Both the position numbers and the translations under genes were made by a program. Below, in pieces: positions 31,089-43,779 of a stretch of DNA of 64,000 bases; the stretch's first letter is position 1, and each line of letters starts with the position of its first letter. The DNA is from Macrostomum lignano (lineage: Eukaryota): positions 1 through 64,000 of the forward strand of contig NIVC01001184.1 in NCBI GenBank assembly GCA_002269645.1, in the 5' to 3' direction. The notes under the pieces were generated by a model. That model was not told the origin of the DNA, made no database searches, and was given only the letters and a program-made list of their open reading frames with translations.

Positions 31089-32744
31089 CACTCATCCTAT
31101 AATATCCGTTTAGATATCTTTCCGATTGCCTTGCCCCATTGGACCCAACCACTTAAGTTGTTTTCATTAACGGCTAGATAGAAACTTTTTACTTTTCTAC
31201 TTAGTTTTCAAAGTAGTAGAATTCGTGTTTTTATATTGTTTACATTTCTAAGGTGTTTCCTGTAAAATTTGAAAATAATTTTGTTCAAGATATTCTTTTA
31301 AATTTCTTTTAAAATTAATTTGTCTGTTTAATAAGATTTTAATTACGGTAATTCAACTATTATATTGCTTTTTGGAATCTGTTTTATTTTTGCTAATTTG
31401 CTAACACTTACATAGACATATTCTCGGTTACTTTTAATGGTTCTTTTACTCTATGATATTTGGGCTGTATTATGTATTATTTTGCACAATCTAATTTGCT
31501 TATGGTGAGCTCTTTCTCTTAGAAAACTTTATAAATAATAGCTACCTGTAATAATCGTAAGATCGTATCCTAACTGCGTCATCGGTTCAGTCTACAGATT
31601 CAAACCGCATTCCAATTTTGTCTGTTATTGTTGTTTTATTAAAAAAACTCCATTCATTGCTGTCTCACTTCAGTTTGAACCACATATACTAAATTAACTA
31701 GATGGGCCACTCAGATACTTAGCAAAACAGCTTTCTACTTTCAATTCAGTAGCAAAAAAGAATACGTAAGCTATTTTATAAAAATAAAGGCAGCTGAAAT
31801 GACTTCGATAAGTTTAGAAGCCCAAGCTTGCAGGCGCGTAAACAACTTGCTAATTGGTTTAGCAATAATGTACATTGGCCAATCCACTGAAATGTACATG
31901 GCAGCTTTAGGCTGGAATTCCGAGAAGGGCAATAAAAATTGGGGCGGGCGGGGGGTAGTGTGGAAGAAAGGCGCGGTTGGAGGGTTTAAGCTGGGCTGGG
32001 GTAATAGCCAATAATTGAGCCTTGGCTTTAAAACTCATTAAAATGATTGTTTAACTTACTACTGAACTGAAAGTAGCTGACACGCAAATGTGCTGAGTGG
32101 ACCATCTAGTCGTTCTAGTAGCTGTGGCCTGGACTAAATCCTAACTCAAATTATTCATTGTTGGTTTCTAATGTACGTCATGGAGGATTGAAGTCTCATA
32201 ATTCCATAAATTCAATTCTTCAGTTAACAGCCATTCTCACATATTCATCAGATAAGTTTAATTCTAAAATTAAATCATTTATCGTCTATGAAACAATTTG
32301 TTGCTTGTAAAATTATATAATAAACGGTTTATTAGGTGTTCCTCCTTGGTTTGTTGACATTTATAAGTCTTTATTATTGTTATTATTATTATACACTTCT
32401 CAGTGCTGACGCGTACTAGTTAAGTGATTTGCACTTTTCCAGCCAGACAGGTTTGTCCTTCTATCATCAAAATTTTACACATTGGCTGTACCGTGCTTGC
32501 ACATGTTATTTCATTTATGAAAATAATCAATAATGCTTTGTATTATTTGTTGACCTGACAGATATGACAGACAGCAACAGAGTGCATCAAGTTTCTGTTT
32601 CAATTTCATAGAATTTTGAGAAAATTTTGGCTTTTTCATTCATTTCGCCCGCTCGTCTCCTTGTGGGCTGTCGTAAAAATTGTGAATTGCCTATCTACTA
32701 GTTGGCCTTGCTTGTTCATCTTACATCGTGGGCCTCTTTTCATC

Positions 32745-35170
32745 TACATATCCCCAATATGCTTCCCTAATTTATCCCCAATATGCTACCCTGATTTATC
32801 CCCAATATGCTTCCCTAATCTATCCCCAATATGCTACCCTGATTTATCCCCAATATGCTTCCCTAATCTATCCCCAATATGCTACCCTGATTTATCCCCA
32901 ATATGCTTCCCTAATTTATCCCCAATATGCTTCCCTAATTTATCCCCAATATGCTTCCCTAATCTATCCCCAATATGCTACCCTGATTTATCCCCAATAT
33001 GCTTCCCTAATCTATCCCCAATATGCTACCCTGATTTATCCCCAGTATGCTTCCCTAATTTATCCCCAATATGCTTCCCTAATTTATCCCCAAAATGCTT
33101 TCCTAATTTATCCCCAATATGCTTCCCTAATTTATCCCAATATGCTTCCCTAATTTATCCCCAATATGCTACCCTGATTTATCCCCAATATGCTTCCCTA
33201 ATTTGTCCCCAATATGCTACCCTAATTTATCCCCAAAATGCTTTCCTAATTTATCCCCAATATGCTTCACTAATTTATCCCCAATATGCTTCCCTAATTT
33301 ATCCCCAATATGCTACCCTAATTTATCCCTAATATGCTTCCCTAATCTATCCCCAATATGCTTCCCTAATTTATCCCCAATATGCTTCCCTAATTTATCT
33401 CTAATATGCTTCCCTAATCTATCCCCAATATGCTACCCTAATTTATCCCCAAAATGCTTTCCTAATTTATCCCCAATATGCATAACTAATTTATCCCCAA
33501 TATGCTTCCCTAATTTATTCCTTATATGCTTCACTAATAATTATCCCCCATATGCTTCCCTAATTTATCCCCAATGTGCTCACTTTCCTTATTTATCCCC
33601 AATATGCTACCCTAATTTATCCCTAATATGCTTCCCTAATTTATCCCCCATATGCTTCCCTAATTTATCCCCAATATGCTTACTTTCCTAATTTATCCCC
33701 AATATGCTTCCCTAATTTATCCCCAACATGCTTCCCTAATTTATCCCCAATATGCTTCCCTAATTTATCCCCAATATGCATAACTAATTTATCCCCAATA
33801 TGTTCACTAATTTATCCCCAAATATGCTTCCCTAATTTATCCCCAAATGCTTCACTAATTTATCCCGAATATACTTCCCTAATTTATCCCCAATATGCAT
33901 AACTATTTTATCCCCAATATGCATAACTAATTTATCCCCAATATGCTTCCCTAATTTATTCTTTATATGCTTCACTAATTTATCCCCAACATGCTTTACT
34001 AGTTTATCCCCAAATACGCTTCACTAATTTATCCCCAATATGCTTCCCTAATTTATCCCCAATATGCTTCCCTAATCTATCCCCAATATGCTACCCTGAT
34101 TTATCCCCAATATGCTTCCCTAATCTATCCCCAATATGCTACCCTGATTTATCCCCAGTATGCTTCCCTAATTTATCCCCAATATGCTTCCCTAATTTAT
34201 CCCCAATATGCTTCCCTAATTTATCCCCAATATGCTTCCCTAATTTATCCCAATATGCTTCCCTAATTTATCCCCAATATGCTACCCTGATTTATCCCCA
34301 ATATGCTTCCCTAATTTGTCCCCAATATGCTACCCTAATTTATCCCCAAAATGCTTTCCTAATTTATCCCCAATATGCTTCACTAATTTATCCCCAATAT
34401 GCTTCCCTAATTTATCCCCAATATGCTACCCTAATTTATCCCTAATATGCTTCCCTAATCTATCCCCAATATGCTTCCCTAATTTATCCCCAATATGCTT
34501 CCCTAATTTATCCCTAATATGCTTCCCTAATCTATCCCCAATATGCTACCCTAATTTATCCCCAAAATGCTTTCCTAATTTATCCCCAATATGCATAACT
34601 AATTTATCCCCAATATGCTTCCCTAATTTATTCCTTATATGCTTCACTAATAATTATCCCCCATATGCTTCCCTAATTTATCCCCAATGTGCTCACTTTC
34701 CTTATTTATCCCCAATATGCTACCCTAATTTATCCCTAATATGCTTCCCTAATTTATCCCCCATATGCTTCCCTAATTTATCCCCAATATGCTTACTTTC
34801 CTAATTTATCCCCAATATGCTTCCCTAATTTATCCCCAACATGCTTCCCTAATTTATCCCCAATATGCTTCCCTAATTTATCCCCAATATGCATAACTAA
34901 TTTATCCCCAATATGTTCACTAATTTATCCCCAAATATGCTTCCCTAATTTATCCCCAAATGCTTCACTAATTTATCCCGAATATACTTCCCTAATTTAT
35001 CCCCAATATGCATAACTAATTTATCCCCAATATGCATAACTAATTTATCCCCAATATGCATAACTAATTTATCCCCAATATGCTTCCCTAATTTATTCTT
35101 TATATGCTTCACTAATTTATCCCCAACATGCTTTACTAGTTTATCCCCAAATACGCTTCACTAATTTATG
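32745..35170. repeat. 24-bp satellite (CCCTAATTTATCCCCAATATGCTT) with a 1113-bp higher-order duplication
   Basis: About 100 units. The identical 162-aa pseudo-ORFs at 33203 and 34316 mark the duplication period. Confidence 0.96.
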
Positions 35171-35963
35171 ATCCGTCTGTGTGCAGCGCTGCTTGAAAAG
35201 AAACTGGGTTTATCCAGATTTTAAAAAATTTAAATCAGAGAATAGGAAACGGATCGAGTGGAGAATAATCTGGTCTGAAGTCTCTCTCAAGAAATAGTTT
35301 TTATTCGGATTGACCCCCCCCCCCTTGTGACAGTTCAAGGGGCCTGCTCAAAGGTGATACTCGTAATTACTGGCCAAGAGCTGCTAAGGTGTGAGAAAGC
35401 TAACTACAAGAATTGACTAGGGCGGGGGGTTATAGGAGACGTTGCACAGCTTTGAACAGGAAATTAGCTTTTCTTTCACCTTTAGGCGTTGAACATTTTC
35501 GCTCGGATAGGCATAAGGGCAAGAGCAGACCGCATAGGTGTCCCCAGAGCTCATGGGAGCCTCTCTCGCCTCACTTCGTCAACAGGGATTATCTGATGCT
35601 GGCCAGAGCAGCTCCTGTACGTTTGGGTGTACCCCCCTCCCATGTGCTCTGCCTTTGGGAAATTCATCGGTACCTTGGTCATCGTATTCGTTTTAGTCTT
35701 CTTGTGTGTATTTTTGACTCGTCTACAAGCTAGCATGCATGGCTAGGCAGTCAGAGTGAGTGCGTTCTCAGCTTACAAAAAATAAGGCAGTTAAAATTGA
35801 GAGCACCAGTAGCAATTACCTGTTTTTTTTACCACAGGCAAGGTTAAACAAAGCAAAGAAAGAAATTTATCTAACTAGAATGCTTTTGTTTATAAAGTAG
35901 CTCGAATGACAGTAAAATTAGCGAGATAGGCAGGAGGCGGCTGCACGAACGAGCCTGAAGAGT

Positions 35964-38900
35964 GGCGACGAAACGGCCACCCCCCACGGAGGGGTCTGCT
36001 TTCTTGTTAAGGAAGGTGTGGATTTCGCTGAGTACCGTCTGCCGCATATAGACGTGACCCGCACTGCTGCTGAAGGCTCGGCCATCTCGCTCCACGATAA
36101 ACGATTACCTCGACCAATTCACATCATCAACCTCTACCTCCCGCCGGTTCGAACCGCCGACGGGCGCCCTGACGGCTTTGACCCGGACTGGCTCCCGACC
36201 GGCCCGGACGTGTTCATCCTCGGAGACATAAACGCACACCACGGCATGTGGGAGGATAACTGCGACTCCGAAGACCAGCGAGGCTCCGCTTTCGAAGACT
36301 GGGCCACCACCAATGATTACGTGGCCCTCAACGACGGCGGCCCGACCAGAGTCAACGCCAGAGGCTCTACCAGCAGCCCCGACGTCTCCTTCGTCCCTGC
36401 CAGCTGGCAGGACAAGCTAGATTGGAACACCGGCAAACATATCGGATCTGACCACCTGCCCATCATTATTGACGTCATAAACCTAAACCCGCTCCCTGTG
36501 AAAAACGACAGGAAAAAGAGGCACACTCGCTTGGCTTATCACAAAGCAGACTGGGACAAATTCCGCCTTATCATCAGCGAGCGCCTTAAAAACTGGACCG
36601 CTAGACCACCAAAGACTGCCACTGGAGCTGCCAGCAAGCTCACCGACGCGATCACGGAGGCGGCCCGCAAAGCGATACCGCAGGGATCCCGCCGCGCCCC
36701 AATTGCTTGGTGGTGCCCAGAAGCTGAAGCAGCGTGCGCAGCCGACGCCAGGCTCTTGAAGACCTCCGAGCCAACCCCAACGACGACCAACTCGCCCAGG
36801 CGTTCCAGGAGGCGGCAGCGCACGCCACCGCCACCATCCGCAACGCCAAGGAAGCCCTGTGGCGCGACTTCATCAGCGACAACTCCAGCGAGCTCAAGTC
36901 GACTGACCTGTGGCGCATCATCCGCGTCCTCGACGGCCGCACCGCGGCCGCCCGCCCATCAGGGGCGATCCAAAACCCACAAGGCCGCTTCGCCACCTCC
37001 AACCGCCAGAAAGCCGATCTTTTCTGTCAAGAGTACGCCAACGTCGCCAAAATCCCGAAAGACAAATCGGCCGACAAAGACATCCGAAACGAATCCAGAA
37101 GAGCTGTGCGGGACATTTGCAGCTGTCAAAACCACCGGACGGGCCTGTGCGCCGACTTCCCGATGGAAGCTCTGACCAGAGCCATCAGAGGTATCCCCAG
37201 CAGATCGGCACCGGGCATCGACGGCGTTTCGAACCTAATGCTCAAAAATCTGCCAACCCAAGGCCTGGAGCTGATGCTGCTTGCCATCAACATCTCCTGG
37301 CGTACCGCTGAAGTCCCGGCTGCGTGGCGTCTGGGCGACATTCGACCGATCCCCAAACCCGGAAAAGATCACAGCATCACGGCGAGTTTCCGCCCTATCT
37401 GCCTTCTCTCTTGTACTGCTAAAATCGCCGAGCGGCTCGTTAACGAACGCCTCGCCTTTCATCTGGAAGAGAATAAACTGCTAAATGCAGCCCAAGCTGG
37501 ATTCCGCCGGAACCGCTCCACTGAGGAGCAGATTACGGCGGTCACCCAATACATCTTCGACGGCTTCCAAGCTCAGAAACCAGCGAAGCGGACCGCCCTA
37601 CTCTTAGCTGACTTCTCCAGAGCGTACGAGCGCGTGTGGCGTAAAGCCCAAATCGCCAAGCTAAACAGAAAAGGGACGCCCACGTGTATGAACCGGTGGA
37701 TTAAAAACTTCATCAACGACCGCCGTGCCCTCGTCACCTGGGACGGGGTCCGCAGCCGCGTCCGAATCTTCACCGAGGGCCTACCGCAAGGATCCGTTCT
37801 CGCCCCGACGCTCTGGGACGTGTACATCGACGACCTGCTCGACGACGCCCCCGAAGACGTCCTGGCGGTCGGTTACGCCGACGACACCACCTTCGGCGCC
37901 CAAGGCCACAACCTCAAAGAGTGCGAGTCGAGACTGCAGAGAGCGGCCGATTGGCTTGTTACCTGGTCCCAAACCTGGAAGGTGGACCTCAACAAGTCCA
38001 AGTCGGTCGTTTCCTTCTTCTCCCTCGATCCCCGTGAGGTAAATGGCAAAGCGAGACCGAATATCAGGCTCGGCGACGTCCAGGCCCCGTTCGAACCTCA
38101 CCCAAGACTCCTGGGCGTGCACCTCGACTCCCAGCTCACGTTCCGGCACCATGCGTCGGTACAAAAACAAAACCTCCAAAAGAGGACCAACGCTCTCCGC
38201 TGCCTAGCCGGGCGTGACTGGGGCCAGGACCCTGGGCTCCTGTCGCAACTCTACAGAACCTACGCTGAGTCGGCTGCTCTTCACGGCGCGGCAGCCTGGT
38301 TAAACTTCGCGTCGGACGCCTGCAGACAACTGGTGGAATCTGCCCACAACGAGGCTGCCCGTGTCATCTCAGGATGCTGCAAATCTACGCCAACAGCCGC
38401 GCTCCTTATCGAAGCCGGACTCCAACCCCTGGCTCACAGTGCGGCGGCCGCGGCAGCGACGCTCCTGGACAAAACGCTCCGCCAACGCCAAGCCACCCCG
38501 CTCCGCAACATCGCCGACAGAGAAGTCACTCCTCGCATCCGCGCTCACGGCGGAAACGGCAACTTCCGCAGATGTTGGCGCAGGTGTGCCAGAGAGCTGA
38601 CCCACAGAGCCGGACTGGCTGAGCTCCAAATCGAAACCGACAACGAGCTGGTGCCTCCGTGGTCATCCTCGACCAGCTTTCACATCCAAGACGCCCTCAT
38701 AGTTAAGTGCTCACGCGACGACCCACCGCATGTTCGCAGGGCCGCGGCGCTGGAGACCCTAGCGTCGCTCCCCCCGCTGACCTGGAACTCTGGACGGACG
38801 GGTCGGCAGCAGGGGGTACCACCAACGGCGGAGCAGGAGCTGTCCTCTACACCCGCGGTTCGTCGACGCGCTTTCTGAGAGCTCCGGCGGGGAGCCTGAC

Positions 38901-39657
38901 CTCGTCCTTCCGTGCGGAAGAATGCGCGCTTAGGCTCGGCCTCCAAGCAGCTTTTGACGCACTGCCGTGGCCGGGAAACCGCGAGCTGCGCTGCGCGACC
39001 GACTCCCAGGCCCTGCTCCGCTGCCTCAAAGGCGGCCCAAGCCCGCGGCTCTCCCCTTGCTGCCGCGACATACTGCGCATCTTGGGACGCCTCCCGCCTG
39101 GCCATCACGTGACCCTGCAATGGATCCCGGGCCACTGCGACCTTCGTCGCAACGATCTCGCCGATGCCACTGCCTGCGCTGCTGCCACCCTTGATCAGAC
39201 CAACGCACCCTGGATCACCGCAGCGCACGCTCTGCCATTCTGGCGACGGCCCACAACGACTTCATCCGATCGTATGAGACAAACGAGCACTGCAGCACCC
39301 ACCGCACCTGCATCAACGGCCGACGACCCAAACAGCAAACCTCCATGAACCGTAAGGACAGAGTCCTGCTAGCCCAACTACGCTCTGGCCACTGCCCGAT
39401 ACTCCGACAGTATCGGCACCGCATCGGGCTGGAACCGGAGGCCACCTGCCCGGCCTGCGGGGAGGCCCCGGAGGACCTCAAACACCTGCTCCTGGAATGT
39501 CGCGCCACGACCGAGACCAGACGACAAATTCTGGGCGAGAACCCGACGCTGGCCATCCTCCACGACGACGGCCCGCGCGCACTGCACTTCCTCCAGGCGG
39601 TAGGGGCGCAAACCCGCCCCCCGGATATTAACCCGGCCGGGAATTAACAACAACAAC
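35964..39657 (+). mobile_element. 5'-truncated non-LTR retrotransposon (I-group-like: APE endonuclease, RT, RNase H, C-terminal CCHC)
   Basis: 12-bp TSD AGCCTGAAGAGT at 35952-35963 and 39658-39669; (AAC)4 tail. APE motifs HGGVCFLV, NLYLPP, GDINAHH, SSPDVSF, GSDHLPI; RT motifs APGIDG, FRPICLL, QAGFR, GLPQGSVLAP, YADD; RNase H motifs WTDGS, RAEE, TDSQ, WIPGH..NDLAD; knuckle CPACGEAPEDLKHLLLEC. Three -1 frameshifts in C runs and no internal stops in the rejoined frame. Confidence 0.95.
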
Positions 39658-39820
39658 AGCCTGAAGAGTCGCAGCTAGACTCACGCGAATTTTGACGACA
39701 CAAAGACAGTAACTTCTAGACCTAGTCTAGGCTGCGGGTGGGGGGGGGACTTTCACAGGCTCAAATTTTCATAACGCATAAAAAATCGCTTTAAAAAGTA
39801 TTGTGTTTATCAGTTTAGTT

Positions 39821-40175
39821 GAACTGCACTCAGCCATCGATAATAAAGTCGCTTCTACAGAACTGCACTCGGCCATAGACAATATAGCCACTTCTACAGA
39901 ACTGCACTGGCCATAGACAATATAGCCACTTCTACAGAATTGCACTGGCCATAGACAATATAGCCACTTCTACAGAATTGCACTGGCCATAGACAATATA
40001 GCCACTTCTACAGAACTGCACTCGGCCATAGACAATAAAGCCACTTCTACAGAACTGCACTCGGCCATAGACTATACGAGAGCCAATCAAAGCCACACTG
40101 CCACACAACTGCACTCGGCCATAGACAATAAAGCCGATCAAAGCCACTACCACAGAACTGCACTCGGCCATTGAC
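39821..40175. repeat. 38-39-bp tandem repeat (GAACTGCACTCGGCCATAGACAATATAGCCACTTCTACA)
   Basis: About 8 copies, degenerating rightwards. Confidence 0.9.
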
Positions 40176-41695
40176 AATGGAGTCAAGACAGCTCGCAATT
40201 CCAAGCCGCACTCTCCCACACACTGCAAGCCAAGCCAGCTGTTGAGTCCCTTCTCTGTGGATAAAAAGTCAATCAAGCTAAGAGAAATTTTAGTTCAATG
40301 ACACGAATGAAACACCTAGAAGCTGCTACGCTAATTTACAATCGAACAATTTAAGAAAAAACTGAAATGGCTTTGCAAGCGAAGCACGAGAAAGGGAGAA
40401 GTGATAATGACGTAACCTGGGCTGCATGAAAACACTTGTGCAACACCTGGGCTCTGACGCTGAAAGGTACAGCCACCAGGCCTTGTCCCTTAGACTTTGT
40501 CCACCTCTGGATGGTGCGTTAGCTGACGTTCCAGCTAAGATCCCATTATCTAGACAGCGGGTCCGGGTTGTTTGAAGGTATACGCTAAAGGCTTGGCCGC
40601 TAACCAGTTATCTTTGCAGTAGTACACCCGATAAGAACTCCCACTAACGAAACGGGAACTCCCGGTCTATAGCAGACTAAGGTTCTTGACCCCAAGTGTG
40701 CTACAGTAGCTCGTAGAAATGGCTGGTTTAAGGGACTCTATGCGAGGCATACAAGGACAGTCTAGTCAGTGCTGAAAATGAGGACTTTTGCATAGTCTTT
40801 TTAGCTGGTGAGCGGTTTAGATTAGACTAAGATTCCCTCCTAAGCCCCAGGATCCCAAGGGTAGATAATAGGTAACGCCATTCTAATGTCTTTCCTCCTA
40901 GATGGATTCGATGCAGCAGGGGATTTGGAAGTGCCAGAGCTCTCTCATGGTGCAATCTTACAGGGATTTACTTAGAAACACTGTTACTGCTATGATTATT
41001 TGGATGTATTTGGCTCATACTCGGTGATTTTGCACTCTGATCCTCAGCTTCTATCCCATGCCCCGCGACAGGCGCACTCCCTACTCGCACTTCATGCCAC
41101 GATTTATGGCAGATGAGAAATTAGACCGAATCAAACAGTTTTGAATGGCTATTGCCCTAAATTTCTGGCCCTGTGAACTTGGCACAAAAAAATCGGTTAA
41201 TTATCAAAGTGTGATAGATTGAGAATTAATATTAAAAGATGGTAAGCAATAGGAGTGGAGACCTGGCTGACCATGCACAAGGACAGCGCAAAAAAGGAAA
41301 ATACCTTAATAGACACGGCAGGACTGCTTGGCGCGGTGGTCGTCAGGTGGTCACGGTGACGGCTGCAGTCAGCGTCTCAACGTGATGACCAGAAGTATTG
41401 GATTGGGTTGGACGTTAGGAGGGTCGCAAATGATGGAGGGGAGAACAGTTAGCGGATGTCTATGGGGAAGATCCTGAGGATCTGGGAGCAATCAAAGTGT
41501 TTAGGGGAAATCAGCTTGGTCCTAGGGGGGGGGGGGGGAGAATAGCTTGTAGAACTTCAGAGGGGATGATTGGAGTACGCGGGAACGAGTCGTGGGATGT
41601 GGGCGGAACTCGCGGATCGCGCTGGCAGGAAGGCTCCGGTTCGAGTACTGAGTCCCCCGGGGCCGACGGTTGCCACTGGGCTCAAAGAGGGCTCC

Positions 41696-41806
41696 TATTT
41701 ATAGCCCTGAGATCACGCGTCACGCAATCACGTGAGCGTGACCTGTCCTTGACCTCCGCTACCAAGCAACCCTGATGACGTCATCCGCCAGCCGCGCTAT
41801 GATTGG
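41696..41806 (-). promoter_or_regulatory. Pol II promoter-like cluster facing left (CCAAT, CRE, E-box, TATA)
   Basis: Minus-strand CCAAT 41802-41806, ATGACGTCAT 41775-41784, TCACGTGA 41728-41735, TATAAATA 41696-41703, in canonical order within a CpG-rich patch. No downstream gene was identified. Confidence 0.4.
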
Positions 41807-42433
41807 ACAAGAAATTTAGGTCGGTTGCAGCGGAGAAAAATGATTTATGATGGGGGGATTGCGTAACGGGCGGGAAAAAGCTTGGTGAGATAGGGGTCAT
41901 AAAACTGTCACACGCATGAGTGATTTCGAACAATAGAAAGGAGGGGTGGGTGCGCGAGGGATTGGGGTGGGTGATAAGCATGAGTCATCACGGGGGCGCA
42001 AGGGAGGGTGCGCAAGAGTTAGTGGGGAGGCCCAGGACGTGTCTACATCAATTATTGTCGAGATAAGAACTGAGACTTTCCAGCTCGTATATTTGCATGT
42101 ACCCACCGCATACTTCACTGGTGCACAGGCTTTGAAATACGTTTTTCCTGATAATGCACAAAATCAAGGATCAAGATAATCAGTTTAACTTTTTGTAACC
42201 AGCTGGTGAATGCCGATGTCTCGATCTAGTTATGACGTTCATTTCAGTCAATTTCATTCCAATTGGTACTTAACTGCTCAATTCCTCTTGGCTCTGCGTG
42301 GCCGGGGATTTCTGGCCTCTCCAAGCCAATCCCCTTGAGCAGTGGGTTCCCAGCTCTTCCCCCGCACTGTCCGCGCCTGCCTAATTTAAGGAGAGTTCGA
42401 ATTTGCTTCCTCGCAATTCATTGCGCCACTCCG

Positions 42434-43045
42434 ATGAGCAGTCTAATGAGCTCCATCATGAGCAGCCTGCAGCAGCTGCCTCATTCAGGCAGATCGGCTG
42501 TTGCTCCGGCTTCCACGACAGTTGCTATCAGCTCTCAGCATCAGCAGCAGCAGGAGAAGCAACAGTCCGCCGCCAAGGCATCCAAGCCGCCGGACCTGTT
42601 GAAGGCACTCGCGTCGGGTTTTCTGTTGACTGCGCAAGGCTGCCTAGCGGCCGGGACCGAGCTGGTGAACATTATCGACGGCTGCACTCGGTTCAAGCAC
42701 GGCTTGGGCTTGATTAATGCCTGTTTAAGCCTCTACCTGGCCTTCCACTGTCTGATGATGCACCGAGCTCCTGAGCACCTGCTCAGCACAGCCGCAATCC
42801 GGTCCGTGCTGGCGTCAGCAGCCGGTCTAATCCTGCTCAACACGTGCACTTTCAGCGTGTTCTACATCACGGCCAGCTGGAATCTGGCAGCCTGCGACCC
42901 GGGCACCCTGGCACTGCTGGGAGTGTCCACCATCGCCAGCTTCTGCGTCGGGGCTCCGTCCGCCTTCATGGCTGGCGTGCTCATTCGCAGCAACTGGCGA
43001 CTCAACGTCGGCTGCTGCTGCGGTCATCAGAGAGGCCTGGCCTGA
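42434..43045 (+). CDS. Unknown intronless protein with ~4 predicted hydrophobic helices
   Basis: GC-rich host-like codon usage, a short polyQ stretch and four hydrophobic segments. The start is placed at the first ATG of the ORF 42263..43045. Confidence 0.55.
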   Translation: MSSLMSSIMSSLQQLPHSGRSAVAPASTTVAISSQHQQQQEKQQSAAKASKPPDLLKALASGFLLTAQGCLAAGTELVNIIDGCTRFKHGLGLINACLSLYLAFHCLMMHRAPEHLLSTAAIRSVLASAAGLILLNTCTFSVFYITASWNLAACDPGTLALLGVSTIASFCVGAPSAFMAGVLIRSNWRLNVGCCCGHQRGLA

Positions 43046-43079
43046 CCTTCAAGTGTTTTTAAGCGTTGCGCTCAGTGAG

Positions 43080-43282
43080 TCCAAGGATGATTTTAGCGGG
43101 GCGGGAAACTTTGTTTCTTAGAAAATAGTTGAAGACTGGCTTAATGCAGAAAATACAATTACGCTATTTTGTGCTGACAAAAACCCGGAAACTTCTATCT
43201 CGGTAGTGTATTTTTGCATAAGCCAGCTATTAAATATTTTCTAAGAAACAAAGTTTCCTGTCCTACTAAAGTCGTACTTGAG
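43080..43282. mobile_element. Palindromic MITE-like element (~200 bp)
   Basis: ~75-bp imperfect inverted arms including GGAAACTTTGTTTCTTAGAAAATA and TATTTTCTAAGAAACAAAGTTTCC. Confidence 0.65.
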
Positions 43283-43779
43283 GTACTTTAGTTTAATCGC
43301 AGATTGTTGTGTAATAACGCTGAGATATAGTTAATACTCAATGAAGAGATTGTACACTGCCATAGGTGTAATTCCCCTTGACAACGTAGCATTCCAGGAT
43401 ACCAGGGGGTTGGTTTCTAATCAAACTGAAAATTTCTTATCTGGGTGGTTTTGTACTTTCTTTCGTCGAAAGTTGACCTTGAAGTAGACGAAGGCTACTC
43501 TCGATTTTCTTAGAAATGAACGTCATGTGATCCACTTTGCCTGTGCGCCTCGTCTATTCCCCCAGTGTTAAATGAGCGGAGATAATCAGTAGCGTAACTC
43601 CGCTACCATAGACAAAGCAACGCCATAGACATGGCTAGTGGAGATAAGGCATTATATTCGGGTCGCACATGCCGTGGATTACATACAAAGAATCGCCTGA
43701 TACTAGATGAGCCATACAGAATCTCTTCGTATCAGGCGATTCTTGTTTATATTTCTCGTATCACCTGCAGTGCATTTAG

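Noticed and set aside
32616-34804. ORFs with YPQYASLI or CFPNLSPI repeats
   Set aside because: Products of the 24-bp satellite; frames break wherever units vary in length.
35945-36005. Hammerhead-like string CTGAAGAG..GAAAC at the LINE 5' junction
   Set aside because: It is created by the TSD/element junction, stems I and III do not close properly, and the empty site lacks GAAA after its stem.
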